Shown here piece by piece: positions 11,381 to 22,836 of a stretch of 62,442 nt of DNA. The notes beneath the pieces were generated by a model. That model was not told the origin of the DNA and made no database searches. It saw only the letters and a program-made list of their open reading frames with translations. The DNA is taken from contig NIVC01004056.1 of the NCBI GenBank assembly GCA_002269645.1, positions 1 to 62,442 of the forward strand, written 5' to 3'. How positions within the stretch are numbered: the stretch's first letter is position 1; each line of letters opens with the position of its first letter. This DNA comes from Macrostomum lignano (lineage: Eukaryota). The translations under genes and the position numbers were made by a program.

Positions 11381-12802
11381 AAAAAGCCTGCCGTGCTTCA
11401 ACTCGAGTTTCTCGAACAGCTGAAAGATTGCCTGACGAACGGTGTAGCGCAGAGACGGCTCATCTACCTGTTGGTAAGAGCGCCATCTCAGAACCTCGTG
11501 GTACAGCAGGTGAACATAGATTGGCAGTGAGCACTTGGAGAATGCATGCTCAACCAGAGCCCATTGCTGCTCGTTCAGAGTGCGACCTTGTTCGCTGAGC
11601 AGAGCCGACAAAATGCTGGTGCATAGACTGGTCTCCAGTGGCGTCACCTCCACGTAGAAGTCTGGGTTAGGCAGCTTCCCTTTGAATGTCTTCAGCAGGT
11701 CGAACATGTTGGGCAGAGTGGACACAACCATCTTCACGTTGGCAGGCAATGGCGTCCGCACCCAAGTCAGATGGTACGCACCGTCAGAGCTGTCCAACTG
11801 ATCAACACTGTCAAGGAACACCAAGATTCTCCTGAACTGGCCCATGCGTTCGAGCATGGAGTAGAAGGTATTCAAGATCTCCTTGAAGTCGTCGAGTGAC
11901 TCGCACTTTTCCTGGTCGTCCTCGTTGCCGAACACAGCGAGCTGACGGCACAGGTACTTGAGTGTCTGTCGAATGCTCGACGTACCGGGACTGGTACCGA
12001 GGAATCGCAACAGCACGATAGCATCTTTGGCATCGGACTCTGGCAGCCAGCTTCGCACCAGACTGGCGGCCTTGCCAAGCAGAGAGGTCTTGCCGCTGCC
12101 CGAGTCGCCGTACACCACCAGAGGCTCAGTTGTGTTGCTCGCTTGCACATAAGCTTTCACCTTGTCGATGATCTCTTGCCGACCCTGGAACTTCTTCACG
12201 TAGTTGACGCATGCAGTCGAGTGCTGCAGCACCTCCGAGTAGAGGTCGTCCGATCGGAGCCGCATGCTCTCCCGCACGGATTCGGCCACGAGGCGCTTCA
12301 CATTATCGCAGTAGTCGCTGCCAAACTTTTCCAGATAGTCTTTGTGGCTACTCATGCCCACACCCTCAGCGTCATTGGTCCATTTTAGTGAGTAAGTGAA
12401 GGAATTGGATCCCACCATTCGAGTCAGAACGTGTCTGTTCAACTCCTTGACCATCGCGTTCACAGCTTCATCAAGAACCTTTACTGCCTCGCCATCTTCG
12501 TTCACAGAGTCGGTCAGGTCGATGAACTTGAACATCTTTCCTCGAGAGAAGTCGCGCTGAGACTCCAGATCAGAGAACTCTCTCACGAATGCGAGAGCCT
12601 GAGCCAACTTTTGCGGAGGTTTTGACAATATTCCGCTGATCACCTCCATCTCGGTGACAGAGGCCGTGAACTTCTTCATTGTCGCGTGCGAGATCAAAGT
12701 CTTTTGAAGACACAACTCGGCACCTCTCTTCATGAGTCCGATGATGGAGTCTTGGACAGCTTCCCACCGCTGTCGAGCAGCTTTCAAGAGCTCCTTGTCC
12801 GC
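11381..12802 (-). CDS. NWD-type NACHT gene, exon 2 (NACHT/STAND NTPase)
   Basis: Walker A VYGDSGSGKTSL, Walker B LVFLDSVDQL, plus LRFLGTSPGTS and WVRTPLPANVKMVVST. Acceptor ttccAG (12804-12803) and donor GTAAGT (11380). Confidence 0.9.
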
Positions 12803-12899
12803 CTGGAACAATGAATTACGAGATTAGAGGTTATTAAATTTATCCTGTTGCAAACTCTGAAAAACAAGCGCTGCAATAATCGCAAAAAAGCACACTTAC

Positions 12900-13424
12900 C
12901 GCCTCTGCTAGAGTTGCAATCGGTCTCAGGACACAGATTGGTGGCTTGTTGTTCTCGTCGATCGTGTACCACTCGTGTAGACACGAGACGTCGCGTCCGT
13001 CCTCCTTCAACGCTTCCACGATGTTGTTGAACACGTCGACCTCGACAAGGGCTGCAGGCGGCTGGTTGCCATAGCGCTGACCCAGCAGACAGATGAAGTA
13101 GGGGCCGGCAGACATGATGAGCGAGTTGTCGATCTCTTGGTAGCACATGTACGGACCCTGGTGGTCGAGCTGTACCTCGTCACCGACTCCCCATCGCATG
13201 TCGATGGTTTGAAACTCGAGTCCGAAGGAGTCACGGCAGAACTTTTTCAGCCTTGGATTGACGTGCTGCATGAGGTAGTTGCGCTCCGTTCCCATGTCCG
13301 AGAAGGTGGACGACAGGAAGATGCGCACGACGCGGCTGTTCATGATCGGCAGGTCGTCCAGACGGCCTTTCATGACTTTTAGGTAGACTGCTAATGGGTC
13401 AAACTCTGTGAGCGCTCCTATCAT
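12900..13424 (-). CDS. NWD-like: NWD-type NACHT gene, first coding exon (DUF4062-like N-terminal domain); whole protein about 2085 aa
   Basis: VRIFLSSTFSDMGTERNYL...LEFQTIDMRWGV...YFICLLGQRYG is the DUF4062-type start of NWD/TEP1-like proteins. Donor GTAAGT at 12899. The start codon is inferred (ATG at 13424); an upstream acceptor at 13552-13551 could mark a UTR, trans-splice site or additional coding exon. Confidence 0.82.
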
Positions 13425-14786
13425 TTCTGAGTGTTTGGTTAGCCGTTTGTGCAGCGCTGGCCGCTTGGCTGACCGCGCTGGCCGCGAGTGGCGGCTGTGA
13501 GCTGAGCCGATCCGTTCGGCCCCTCCCACATCGGAAGGCTCTCGTGAATTCTGCAACAGGTTTAGTAGCTGTTATTGATTTTTAGACAGATTTTTAGACA
13601 TTTTTAACAGAGGAATTAAAGAATTTTTAAATAGTTTGCAAATCTACGATGAAAATAAAGGTTCAAATGGTTTTCCAATTTTATAAGTCTAAAATATGTA
13701 TTTTTACTAGGTTCATGAGGGGATTGCACAGTTCGAATGTTTGTTATTTGCATTAGCTATTAAAATTCTGTTTATCAGATACCTACTTAGATCCTATAAG
13801 GAAATTTTAGTTATCCATAGTAATTATCTAGATTAAGTAGATTTATTATGGATGAGCTACTTTTTTATCTTTCTCGCAGCTCCAAGGAAGACATTAAAAA
13901 ATTTATGCATTGTATGTACTTAGTTAAATTGAAATTTGTCAAATAATATAATTTTTGTATTACCTACTTATTATATCTAAATTTTATTTTTCAAGGCAAA
14001 AATCTATGGAATTGAAAAGGAAAAATTTGATTTTTAAAATATTTTCTCTTAATTTTTAAAAACAAAATATTGGTGTTGGAATCTTTTGTTATAAACACGA
14101 GAATTTTAGTAAATGCTTTGAAACAAAAGTAAATTTTAGATAATCGGGTCCCTTGTGTATTCGACTTTAGAAGCCAATAAAAAAGTTTCTGAGCACAATT
14201 TTTTGTGACAGTATAATTAAAATTAGTCAAAGTTAATTCTGGTTCTTTGAATTATGTCAATTGTTTTGTTGTGCATAGATAAACTGTTGCAGTAAAAAAT
14301 ATGAGTTAAATATGATTTAAATCGATTAAAGGCAAACTTTCAATATACTTAAATTGATGCTTTTGTAAGAAGTAACAAAATTCTTTTTCTTAAGAAATAA
14401 GAAGAATTAGGAATTGAGAAAAACTGCAATCTATAAATATGATAAGACTTCGTTGACCTCTTACGACTTTACTTGGATTTCAAAATAGTAAACCTTCATG
14501 GTTACTTGTTGTCATTAGTTTTACAAGAGGTCTAAAAGATCCTTGTAAAAAAAGTGTAATATTTTTCTGCGTTGCACTGTTATTGAACTTTTTTACCGTG
14601 GTTTCGTCATTATCAAACTAGTATTTTTGTTATAACTAAAACTAACGTTAATGCGTATTGAAAAACCCTTTTCCACAGATCATAATGCTTTAATCAATAC
14701 AATACTGCTGGACGGACAATACAATGCAATACTGGACGGACTTGTAGAACTCACAACATTAATAAAAAACTCAAATGATCAATATT

Positions 14787-14900
14787 GGGCTTTTATTCTT
14801 TTCAACAAAAATTTGTTTGCATTTTGATGTCATCTTTCATTCGGGCTTATATTTTTGCATGCAAGCAACCAGTTTTTATTTTCTTCACTTTATGAAAAAT
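14787..14900. repeat. Degenerate dispersed repeat, copy 2 (similar to 373-500)
   Basis: See copy 1. Confidence 0.55.
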
Positions 14901-16150
14901 TGTTAGGAATATATTCAAACTCGCTTTTTTCTTGCATTTTCATGCATGTATAAAACCTACTTTCACATACCACTTAATGCATTTAAAGATAGGCAGCTTA
15001 TAGATGCGACTTTACGTTAGTCTATTGTCAATCAATATATACATACATGTACAATAACAGTTAATCTTTCTCGCAGTATTTTGTTATTTGTTTATTTAGC
15101 TCATGGATTTGGTTTTGTGCAGTAAAAGCTGAAACTATATACCTTGTTCGAAGTTTTTAGACTTTTATGCCGTGTTTTCACGTTCATCCGCGTAAATAAA
15201 TTATTTTCGCTTCGCAATTCGAAAAAAACAAATCGCTTAAAACAAACACATTTTATTAACTTTATGATATGGTACCTGAGTGTCAGATCGGTGTGAAATA
15301 TACATGTAATCGCTATATGATTAAATAGATCACTAATAGATACTATCACTTGCCTTGTAGTACATGCAGTACATGTAATGGCCGCGCCCATATACTGTAT
15401 GGCTACGACTAGAGCCCTTGGCAATAGCGGCCTTTGTACTGGTGCCCACGGCGCTTTCCACGAAATCATAAATCAGCGTAACATGGCTCATCTGGCTTTG
15501 ACACCCATGCAAATGAAATGGCGCTAAAGAAGATCGGCTGCTCCCAAGAAAAAATCCTGGCAAACGTCTCTGAATAGCAGACATATAATATTAATGTGTA
15601 TCACCGCATGTTTTGTAGCATTTTTTCTCCTAGAATCCGAACTCGATTCCATGCATTAGCCACATCAATTGAGGGAGGGAACTAGGTGCGAAATTCCTGG
15701 CACCAATTGCGCGTCACCTGCTGGGTCAAATCGTCTTCTCTATGGCTGCCACTAACAAGGAGAGAAATCCTGGAAATTTAACACAGAGCACAGGCTAAAT
15801 TTTTCTACAGGGGTGCATCTTCATGTAGGAGCTATTATAGTGCCTCCACGTACAGTCAGTCAGCCTTAAATGCTTTCAACCCAAGAGTATCGCATGCAGC
15901 TCTGTACTCGCCACCACTCAGATAACAATGGAGCCTATTCAAGCTGAGCCAGCATTTTCACTAGCCGAATTCAGTTTATGCATCTTATTTAACCCACCCA
16001 TCTCTGCTAGATTTAATCTTCTATGTTGTACGCTTAAGCACACTTTATAAAAGTAGGGTGTGCTGCCGACGGGTTCTAGAGAGAGAAAATAAAAAAAGTT
16101 GTGTAGCCTCAAAAGACGACTCTAACTCGACTACAGTCTCACGCCAGATA

Positions 16151-18646
16151 ATGCTGGCTGCACCAGTGCCAAATCGACCCTCGACATCCATCGGCCAGCA
16201 GAGGCCACCATCTACAGAGGCTGAGCCGCAGCACAGGGCAACGTCCTCTGTAGGCGTCCAGGATCGATCGAGCTCGCAAAATGCTTCTACTAAAAGCGAT
16301 GCCAATTCAGCGTCAGTGGCCACCTATCCTAAATCTACCAACGCTAAATCGTTGTCATCAAGTACCACTAAAGGCGGTTCAAAGTCGGATGCCCAACGAA
16401 GTCACAGTCGGGCAGCTTCTGGCATTTCGCGGGCTACTGGGCCGCAGTCTGGGAGCGGCACAGGCGGCGCAGTTCCTGCTAGTCTTCAAGAACCGAACCT
16501 TCCACAGAGTCCGGCTAAACCGGCGCAGAGCAAGGACGCTGTCGACGCTAAGGATGGAAATGTTTCCAAAGGCGGGGAGGTAAGAGTAACTGATTTGTCA
16601 AGTGCCACACCGACAGAACGGAGTGACACCTCTGTGACGGACGAAGACGTTTTTGCACCTGTTGGCGAGCAAGTGCAAACGATCGACTTCACGAAGATAC
16701 TTACTCAGGGTATTCCGGTAACCAAGAATGAGCAGAAGAAGAAATCTAATTTAATCGGGTCGCTAAAAAAGCAAGTGAAGAACTTCTTTCATGAGGACAG
16801 ATTTGGACAGATAACAGACGAGCAGGGCAACGTTGAATTACCGATGGACCCGTACTTGCAGGCCAGAGATGATCACGACTCCGGCCTGCTGCCGAGTCAG
16901 CGGCTGTTCCGCCTAGCCAGATACGAGCAGCTGCAGCTACAGGATCGCAATCTCCAGCACAAGCAGCGGTTCAAGCACCTTCCAACTCCAGGTGAAAGCG
17001 TCGATGACTACGAATTCGCTTGGCTGGTTAAGCTCCAGACTCAGAGCGCCGCGCCAAGCGCAGAAGACGGTTGGCGCAGCCGTGGTCCCCGAAGCAGAAT
17101 CGGCGTAGACCAGTCTGATGGCGTGATTGCTAATGAAAACGAGGACGAAAATCAAGGCGCAGATGAGCCTGTTGAGACGACGAAAACAATTGGCAACACG
17201 CACTCGTCGAAGGTTGGGACGGACACTGTGGACTTTAACCAGCGTCTAGAAACATCGCTTGAGCCAGCAAAGCATGGATCGCAGGGAAAGCGCAGCGAAT
17301 ACCAGAGAGAATCTGAGCAAGAGAAGGCACGCAAAGCACAGCTGCTCAGCCTCTGCGGCCTCGTAGCGGCGCCAACTTCCGAAGTATTAAGCCCAGAAGA
17401 GCAAGAAGCACGAGACAAGCTCTGCAGAGAGCTTCGCCAGGATTTCGTTGATGGTAGCGATGGCAGGTATCCATGCGATTGCTGCGAGTTAAAAGAGGCA
17501 TCAGCTGCCAATTCGCCCTTCAATAGTGTTGCAAAGTACTACGATCTGCTGTTTGCGCGCAGGAAGAACGACAGCTTCACGGTGCGATTCGATCTGGTGC
17601 ACTGCCTGCCCAGGTTCCTGCTGCACTACAAGTTCCACAAGCAGCTGTACGACTGTCTGGACGCAGAGGAACGGCAGGACCTTGTGAAGGCGGCCACGGA
17701 CATCACCACAAGCTACAACCTTGGCCACTGCACGCTGCAGGTACCGCACGGAAAGTATCGCACCAATGCCTACCCGGCGTTCTTCGCTTACATCATCGTT
17801 CCGGACCACACCAAGTACCTGGAGATTTTCGAGGTCTGCAATCCGCCTGTAAAGCCGGGCGTGCGCCAGAAAAAGAGCAGCTGTGCGATCCCCAACTGGC
17901 CCGACAAGAGCTACGTGACCGAGTTCTGGACCTACTCCAAGGAGAGCTCGAGCTCGAGCGACAAGGATCCCCGTCTTACAATGAAGCTGTACGAGAAGAA
18001 CGTGCTTCGCAGGCTGCAGCTGGTCAAGATGCCGGAGCTGCTGGTGACGCGCCGTAACCCGCCGTCGGAAGTTGCAAAACGGAAGCCCGCGAAGCAGTTG
18101 CGGGGAGAATTCGACCTGTTTGAGGACTTTTTGCTCATCCCGCACCAGGAGCAGCCAATGCTCGGTTTCGGCTCACTTGAGCACCCAAAGCACGCCTTGG
18201 AATCGAGATCACCAAAGCCAGACATCAAGTTCCTGGACCGCCTGCTGCAGGCGATGAACAGCTACGTCAGGCAGCACCTCAACACCCGACAGAGGCGACT
18301 GGATGGTAGGGAAGACCTGAGCTGCACTGTGAACCTCAGCCTGCACCACAGCTACGCGTTCAAGGGCCACCAACGGGTCTACGGCTTCATCGGCTTCCCC
18401 CCAGCCTCCACCTACTGGGCGGCTCTGGTGCAGGAGCAGCGGAAGAACGCCGCCCTGGCTGAGACGGCCGTCACCCAGGAGGACATCCGGCTTATGCGGG
18501 CTGCAACTGCCAAAGCGAAGTCAAGCATCGACAACAAACAGGACCAGAATGATGAAACACGAACGCAGACCAGTGCTGACCGGACGATTGACGGGCATGA
18601 CAACGAGGAAATCCGAGAGAAGTTGAAGTCATGCAACTTTTTGTGA
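16151..18646 (+). CDS. Intronless uncharacterised protein of about 831 aa: long disordered N-terminus and a folded C-terminal half with two possible degenerate RRM-like motifs
   Basis: The ORF is 2.5 kb, non-repetitive and open, with GC3-rich codons at 17520-18500. AATAAA lies at 18661-18666, just after the stop. The first in-frame ATG is at 16151. Confidence 0.75.
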   Translation: MLAAPVPNRPSTSIGQQRPPSTEAEPQHRATSSVGVQDRSSSQNASTKSDANSASVATYPKSTNAKSLSSSTTKGGSKSDAQRSHSRAASGISRATGPQSGSGTGGAVPASLQEPNLPQSPAKPAQSKDAVDAKDGNVSKGGEVRVTDLSSATPTERSDTSVTDEDVFAPVGEQVQTIDFTKILTQGIPVTKNEQKKKSNLIGSLKKQVKNFFHEDRFGQITDEQGNVELPMDPYLQARDDHDSGLLPSQRLFRLARYEQLQLQDRNLQHKQRFKHLPTPGESVDDYEFAWLVKLQTQSAAPSAEDGWRSRGPRSRIGVDQSDGVIANENEDENQGADEPVETTKTIGNTHSSKVGTDTVDFNQRLETSLEPAKHGSQGKRSEYQRESEQEKARKAQLLSLCGLVAAPTSEVLSPEEQEARDKLCRELRQDFVDGSDGRYPCDCCELKEASAANSPFNSVAKYYDLLFARRKNDSFTVRFDLVHCLPRFLLHYKFHKQLYDCLDAEERQDLVKAATDITTSYNLGHCTLQVPHGKYRTNAYPAFFAYIIVPDHTKYLEIFEVCNPPVKPGVRQKKSSCAIPNWPDKSYVTEFWTYSKESSSSSDKDPRLTMKLYEKNVLRRLQLVKMPELLVTRRNPPSEVAKRKPAKQLRGEFDLFEDFLLIPHQEQPMLGFGSLEHPKHALESRSPKPDIKFLDRLLQAMNSYVRQHLNTRQRRLDGREDLSCTVNLSLHHSYAFKGHQRVYGFIGFPPASTYWAALVQEQRKNAALAETAVTQEDIRLMRAATAKAKSSIDNKQDQNDETRTQTSADRTIDGHDNEEIREKLKSCNFL

Positions 18647-19099
18647 GACAATGGCGCATGAATAAAGCATTACGTTTGCACGTTGATATGCTCTTAAACC
18701 AACTCAAGGCGTATCACAAAACGGTTAGCTTATTATTATAAAAAGGTTGCATGCACAGATAACTACTCGGACTCTGATATCAGACTAACTTGAATATTTT
18801 ATTCAGATAATATGCTTGTTTAGATATTGAAGTTCTGAACAAACGATTTCATTCTTAAATTTTCAACTCTTTTCAACCCAACTAATATAGACAATTTTAT
18901 CCAGATGCAAGCAGTTCAATTTAGCGGGAGAATTAAGCTATTGAAGACTTGCTTTCCATTGTCCATGGCCCAAGAAGGAGACTTCTTGAACTTTGCGGTA
19001 TACTAGCAGGTTGACCCGCTGCTCGGGTTCTAAACAATTGTCTGAGCAAGCACTTTTCTTGCTGTTTGACAACCCACAAGAAGACAGAAAAATCAGCCA

Positions 19100-19738
19100 G
19101 AGACAACCCGCTAGGAAACAAACACATGAAGCAGAGACTACCCGACAACCCGCTAGGAAACAGACACATAAAGCAGAGACAACCCGACAACCCGCTAGGA
19201 AACAAACACATGAAGCAGAGACAACCCGACAACCCGCTAGGAAACAGACACATAAAGCAGAGACAACCCGACAACCCGCTAGGAAACAAACACATGAAGC
19301 AGAGACTACCCGACAACCCGCTAGGAAACAGACACTTAAAGCAGAGACAACCCGACAACCCGCTAGGAAACAGACACATAAAGCAGAGACAACCCGACAA
19401 CCCGCTAGGAAACAAACACATGAAGCAGAGACTACCCGACAACCCGCTAGGAAACAGACACATAAAGCAGAGACAACCCGACAACCCGCTAGGAAACAGA
19501 CACATAAAGCAGAGACTACCCGACAACCCGCTAGGAAACAGACACATAAAGCAGAGACAACCCGACAACCCGCTAGGAAACAGACACATAAAGCAGAGAC
19601 AACCCGACAACCCGCTAGGAAATGAAACAGACACATGAAGCAGAGACTACCCGACAACCCGCTAGGAAACAGACACATAAAGCAGAGACAACCCGACAAC
19701 CCGCTAGGAAATGAAACAGACACATGAAGCAGAGACAA
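19100..19738. repeat. 42-bp minisatellite (GACAACCCGCTAGGAAACAGACACATAAAGCAGAGACAACCC), about 14 copies
   Basis: Directly visible. It explains the repetitive ORFs at 18933-19738. Confidence 0.95.
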
Positions 19739-20872
19739 GCTAGTAAATTAGCTGCAATTTTGATTTGAGTATTTATTTGAGTCTCTATATGGGCTTTTGA
19801 TTTCAAATTTAAGCTTTGCTTTCATGTAGCTGGGGCATGGGGAATAGGGGGTTCTAAGGTGGGATGATTCTTCATGGGGATTGCTTTTATATACCTAAAC
19901 TTGAATTGAGACATGGGTACCTATTGAAGAGATTAGGGGTACATAAAAGCTTACCCATAAAATGTAACTTGAATTTAAAATTACCCTATTTGAAGCCTAC
20001 ATAGAAAAAAAGTTAAGATCGTCTAATTCTCATTGACAGCATCAGCCCAGTGGCAAAAGTGGACTGGCGAATGTACATTATTGCTGAACCAATTAGCAAG
20101 TTGTTTACGCCTGCAAGCTTGGGCTTCTTAAACTTATCAAAGTCATTTCAGCCGCCTTTATTTAAAAAAAATAGCTTATGTATTCTTCTTTGCTACTGAA
20201 CTGAAAGTAGAAAGCTGTTTTACTAAGTATATATGCCTGAGTGGCCCATCTAGCCATTTTAGTATCTGTGGTCTGAATAGGTGTCCAGTGATGAAAGAAG
20301 CAGTTGCTTGTGTTGCTCGATCTCCGCAACCCCATGATGTCGTAGCGTAGAATGCACTGCTTTTCTATTTACGTTCGGCCATCGCAAAATATTCTCACCT
20401 CTCTCGACGTCTCTAAATTATTCGTCATTTGCCATATCTCTGTTTGTCTAATAAAATCTGTTATTTCCTTATGGTCTAAGAGGCCTGCACAATTGCATGC
20501 CAAACTTCTTAAATTGATCGCTTCACAGACCTCCTTTTGGACCATTGACAATGAAAAGCAAGTCTTCAATATCTTAATTCTAACTTGCTTGCTCCTAGAC
20601 TAAACTGGCTCATATATAGATTACTCTTTTCATTATGTTTTTTAAAGTTGTACAAAATTGAAACTAAGACAAATTCAATAAAACTGCGCAACTCTCTGAA
20701 CTTTTTCGTGTATTTTACAGCTTTTCGGGAAAAATGTTCTTCCTCAGCTGATTGTCACAGTGAATCAGAGATGGAGTGCCTTCAGCTTGGTTTGATTCTT
20801 CAGCGGCCAAATCTGAAACAGAATCGAGGAATGTGTAACAGATGCTTATTATTTTGAATAGCCATAGATTGT

Positions 20873-21151
20873 TCACCTCATCTGGCCGGACCATCGCAGG
20901 CTATTGAGCAGGCTGGACATCAGCTTGGCTCGCTGCTCATCCGGGTTCTCCACCGTTCGTCGGTTCGGAGCTCGCATCAGTCGCTGCGGCGGCGGTGGAG
21001 GCGGCCGCGAAGCCAATGCCTCGTCCACGGTCTCTTCGACGTCCTTGAATTTGGCGTTGGTGGGTCTGGCTGAGGCCAGGTGCTGCGTCAGCAGGGCCCC
21101 GCCGAGAAGAACGGCCATCAGCAACGTGTACTGCCGAGCTGGGGCGGTCAT
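20873..21151 (-). CDS. Small secreted peptide precursor-like protein (92 aa)
   Basis: Signal-peptide-like N-terminus (QYTLLMAVLLGGALLTQHLASA-RP), acidic and polyproline pro-region, RR site, C-terminus ...NSLRWSGQMR*. It forms a GC-rich coding island in AT-rich flanks. Confidence 0.7.
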   Translation of the reverse strand: MTAPARQYTLLMAVLLGGALLTQHLASARPTNAKFKDVEETVDEALASRPPPPPPQRLMRAPNRRTVENPDEQRAKLMSSLLNSLRWSGQMR

Positions 21152-21989
21152 ACTGCCTTGTTAGGGCTTATTAGCTTGCTGAATCGAGATTGACAGAATC
21201 CAACAGATGAGTCTCTGGACAGAATTAGAAGCAGACCCCAGCAGAGTCCTTAGTGCAGCTCAGTGAAATAGTCCCCCATCCTAGCCAAAGTCATAATCGG
21301 CTCGAGTCACTCTGGCTCGCTCGGCCTATCGCTGCGGTTGGGGGTGAAAAACTTCCCAATTGTGGTTTGTCTCGGCTAGCGGATACGATAAATGCAATTT
21401 CTCTTCGGCTTTATTTTTGGCATGAAAACTTATCCATCAGGAGGATAAAAACTGCCGAATTAGAGTGGAAGCAACGCATCATGTTTGGGAGAACAGCGAA
21501 CGTGGAGCTTTGATGGAGGCAAATGGAAGTCCATTATCTCGGCCGCGCTCTATACTTAGCGCACCTGGTGCAGTGTGGGTGGGGAAAATCTTTCGCATTT
21601 CCAATATCTTGCCCGCTCTCTGAGTCAGTCAGCTTGTTTGTTTCCTCAGCTGGAATGGTTGGCAACCGGGGTTAGTGAAACAATTTGCCTGCTGAAGAAG
21701 CCAACAATCTTTTTATAGCTAGCTTCAGTTTCTTCTGGCAGAATCTTTAGTCTATTTTTAAGGGACAGAACTGCCTTGCAATCGGCTGATGACGCAAAAA
21801 AGATTAATGCAGAGGAATTATTGAAAATAAATTTTACCACGAAGCTTTAGCATGGAGCATTTTGGATCCATACAAAGACTTGGTTGTACATTGTGCTGTA
21901 CACTTCATACTTCTGTGCGGCCATCCGCTATGCATTTTTACTTACAAAAGTCAGCAAACAGACCCGTGTTCAAGGACTGCTGGCCATGG

Positions 21990-22075
21990 TAGGACCCCGA
22001 ACCGAACATGTTTCCAAACCCCGAACCCCGAACCCGGTACCAAAACCCGACCCGACCCCGAACCTAACACGAACT
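21990..22075. repeat. CCCGAA/CCCGAC short-motif cluster, resembling DNA-transposon subterminal repeats
   Basis: ACCCCGAACCGAAC...CCCCGAACCCCGAACCCGG...ACCCGACCCGACCCCGAACC. No TIR pair identified. Confidence 0.35.
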
Positions 22076-22836
22076 TTTTGATACTGAATCATTTTAATCA
22101 ATAAATACACAGTTTATCTCCTTATCTTACGTTAAATAAAAAGTAGATAGAAAGTTAGAAAGCGATATCGACGAGTGAATATTTTTAGTCAATTCAAGTC
22201 ATACCACAGCAGGCAGACATCATACACTTGCCGGCCCGACTGACTCAGAAGTACTTATTTAATATTATTTAATTAAATATGAATAAAACATGCAGTTCAA
22301 ACCAATTGTTAAATTTCCAGGTGACGTTTTAAACATCAACATCAACGACTTTCGTTATTTTTAAAAAGCTCTGCACGCATCTGTGATACTAAATTGCTAT
22401 TTTCATTTCTAACCCGATGCAAGCTTGACGTATTGAACAAGTTAGCTGTATACATGTATATAGCCCAGGTGCCTGGTTCTGACTTGAGACGGAAAGGTGA
22501 TGTAGAGCGACATAGTTCATCTTTGTCCCTCTCAGCCCTTTGTTCTGTCGCTAAATGTATATTTTAGTCATAGTATTAGCATTTCTTGAAACTCTGCAGG
22601 AACGGAATAGTACAATTGTACCTCAGCCTCAACGGTCAACGGTAAGTTATTTTAATGCTGCAGTGTAAGTCATTAAGCACGGCACACTGCCTTTTACGAG
22701 GTAAAATGTTTTTTTTATTGGTACCTGGTAACAAGTAAGCAGCGAAATTGAAGAGTTCAAGCAGTAGTGCTGCAATTTTTTGTTTAGCTGATTTGCGCTT
22801 GCTTTCTGATAATTTATTTAGTTTGAATCCTAAAAA

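Noticed and set aside
7453-13382. Numerous short ORFs overlapping the NACHT, orphan and receptor genes on other frames or strands
   Set aside because: They are shadow ORFs of GC3-rich coding sequence with no independent motifs.
17550-18300. cGAS/Mab-21-like nucleotidyltransferase in the orphan ORF (FDLVHCLP, LYEKNVL)
   Set aside because: No GS...[DE]x[DE] catalytic motif and no Mab-21 C-terminal SYHxKT pattern were found. The similarity is too weak.
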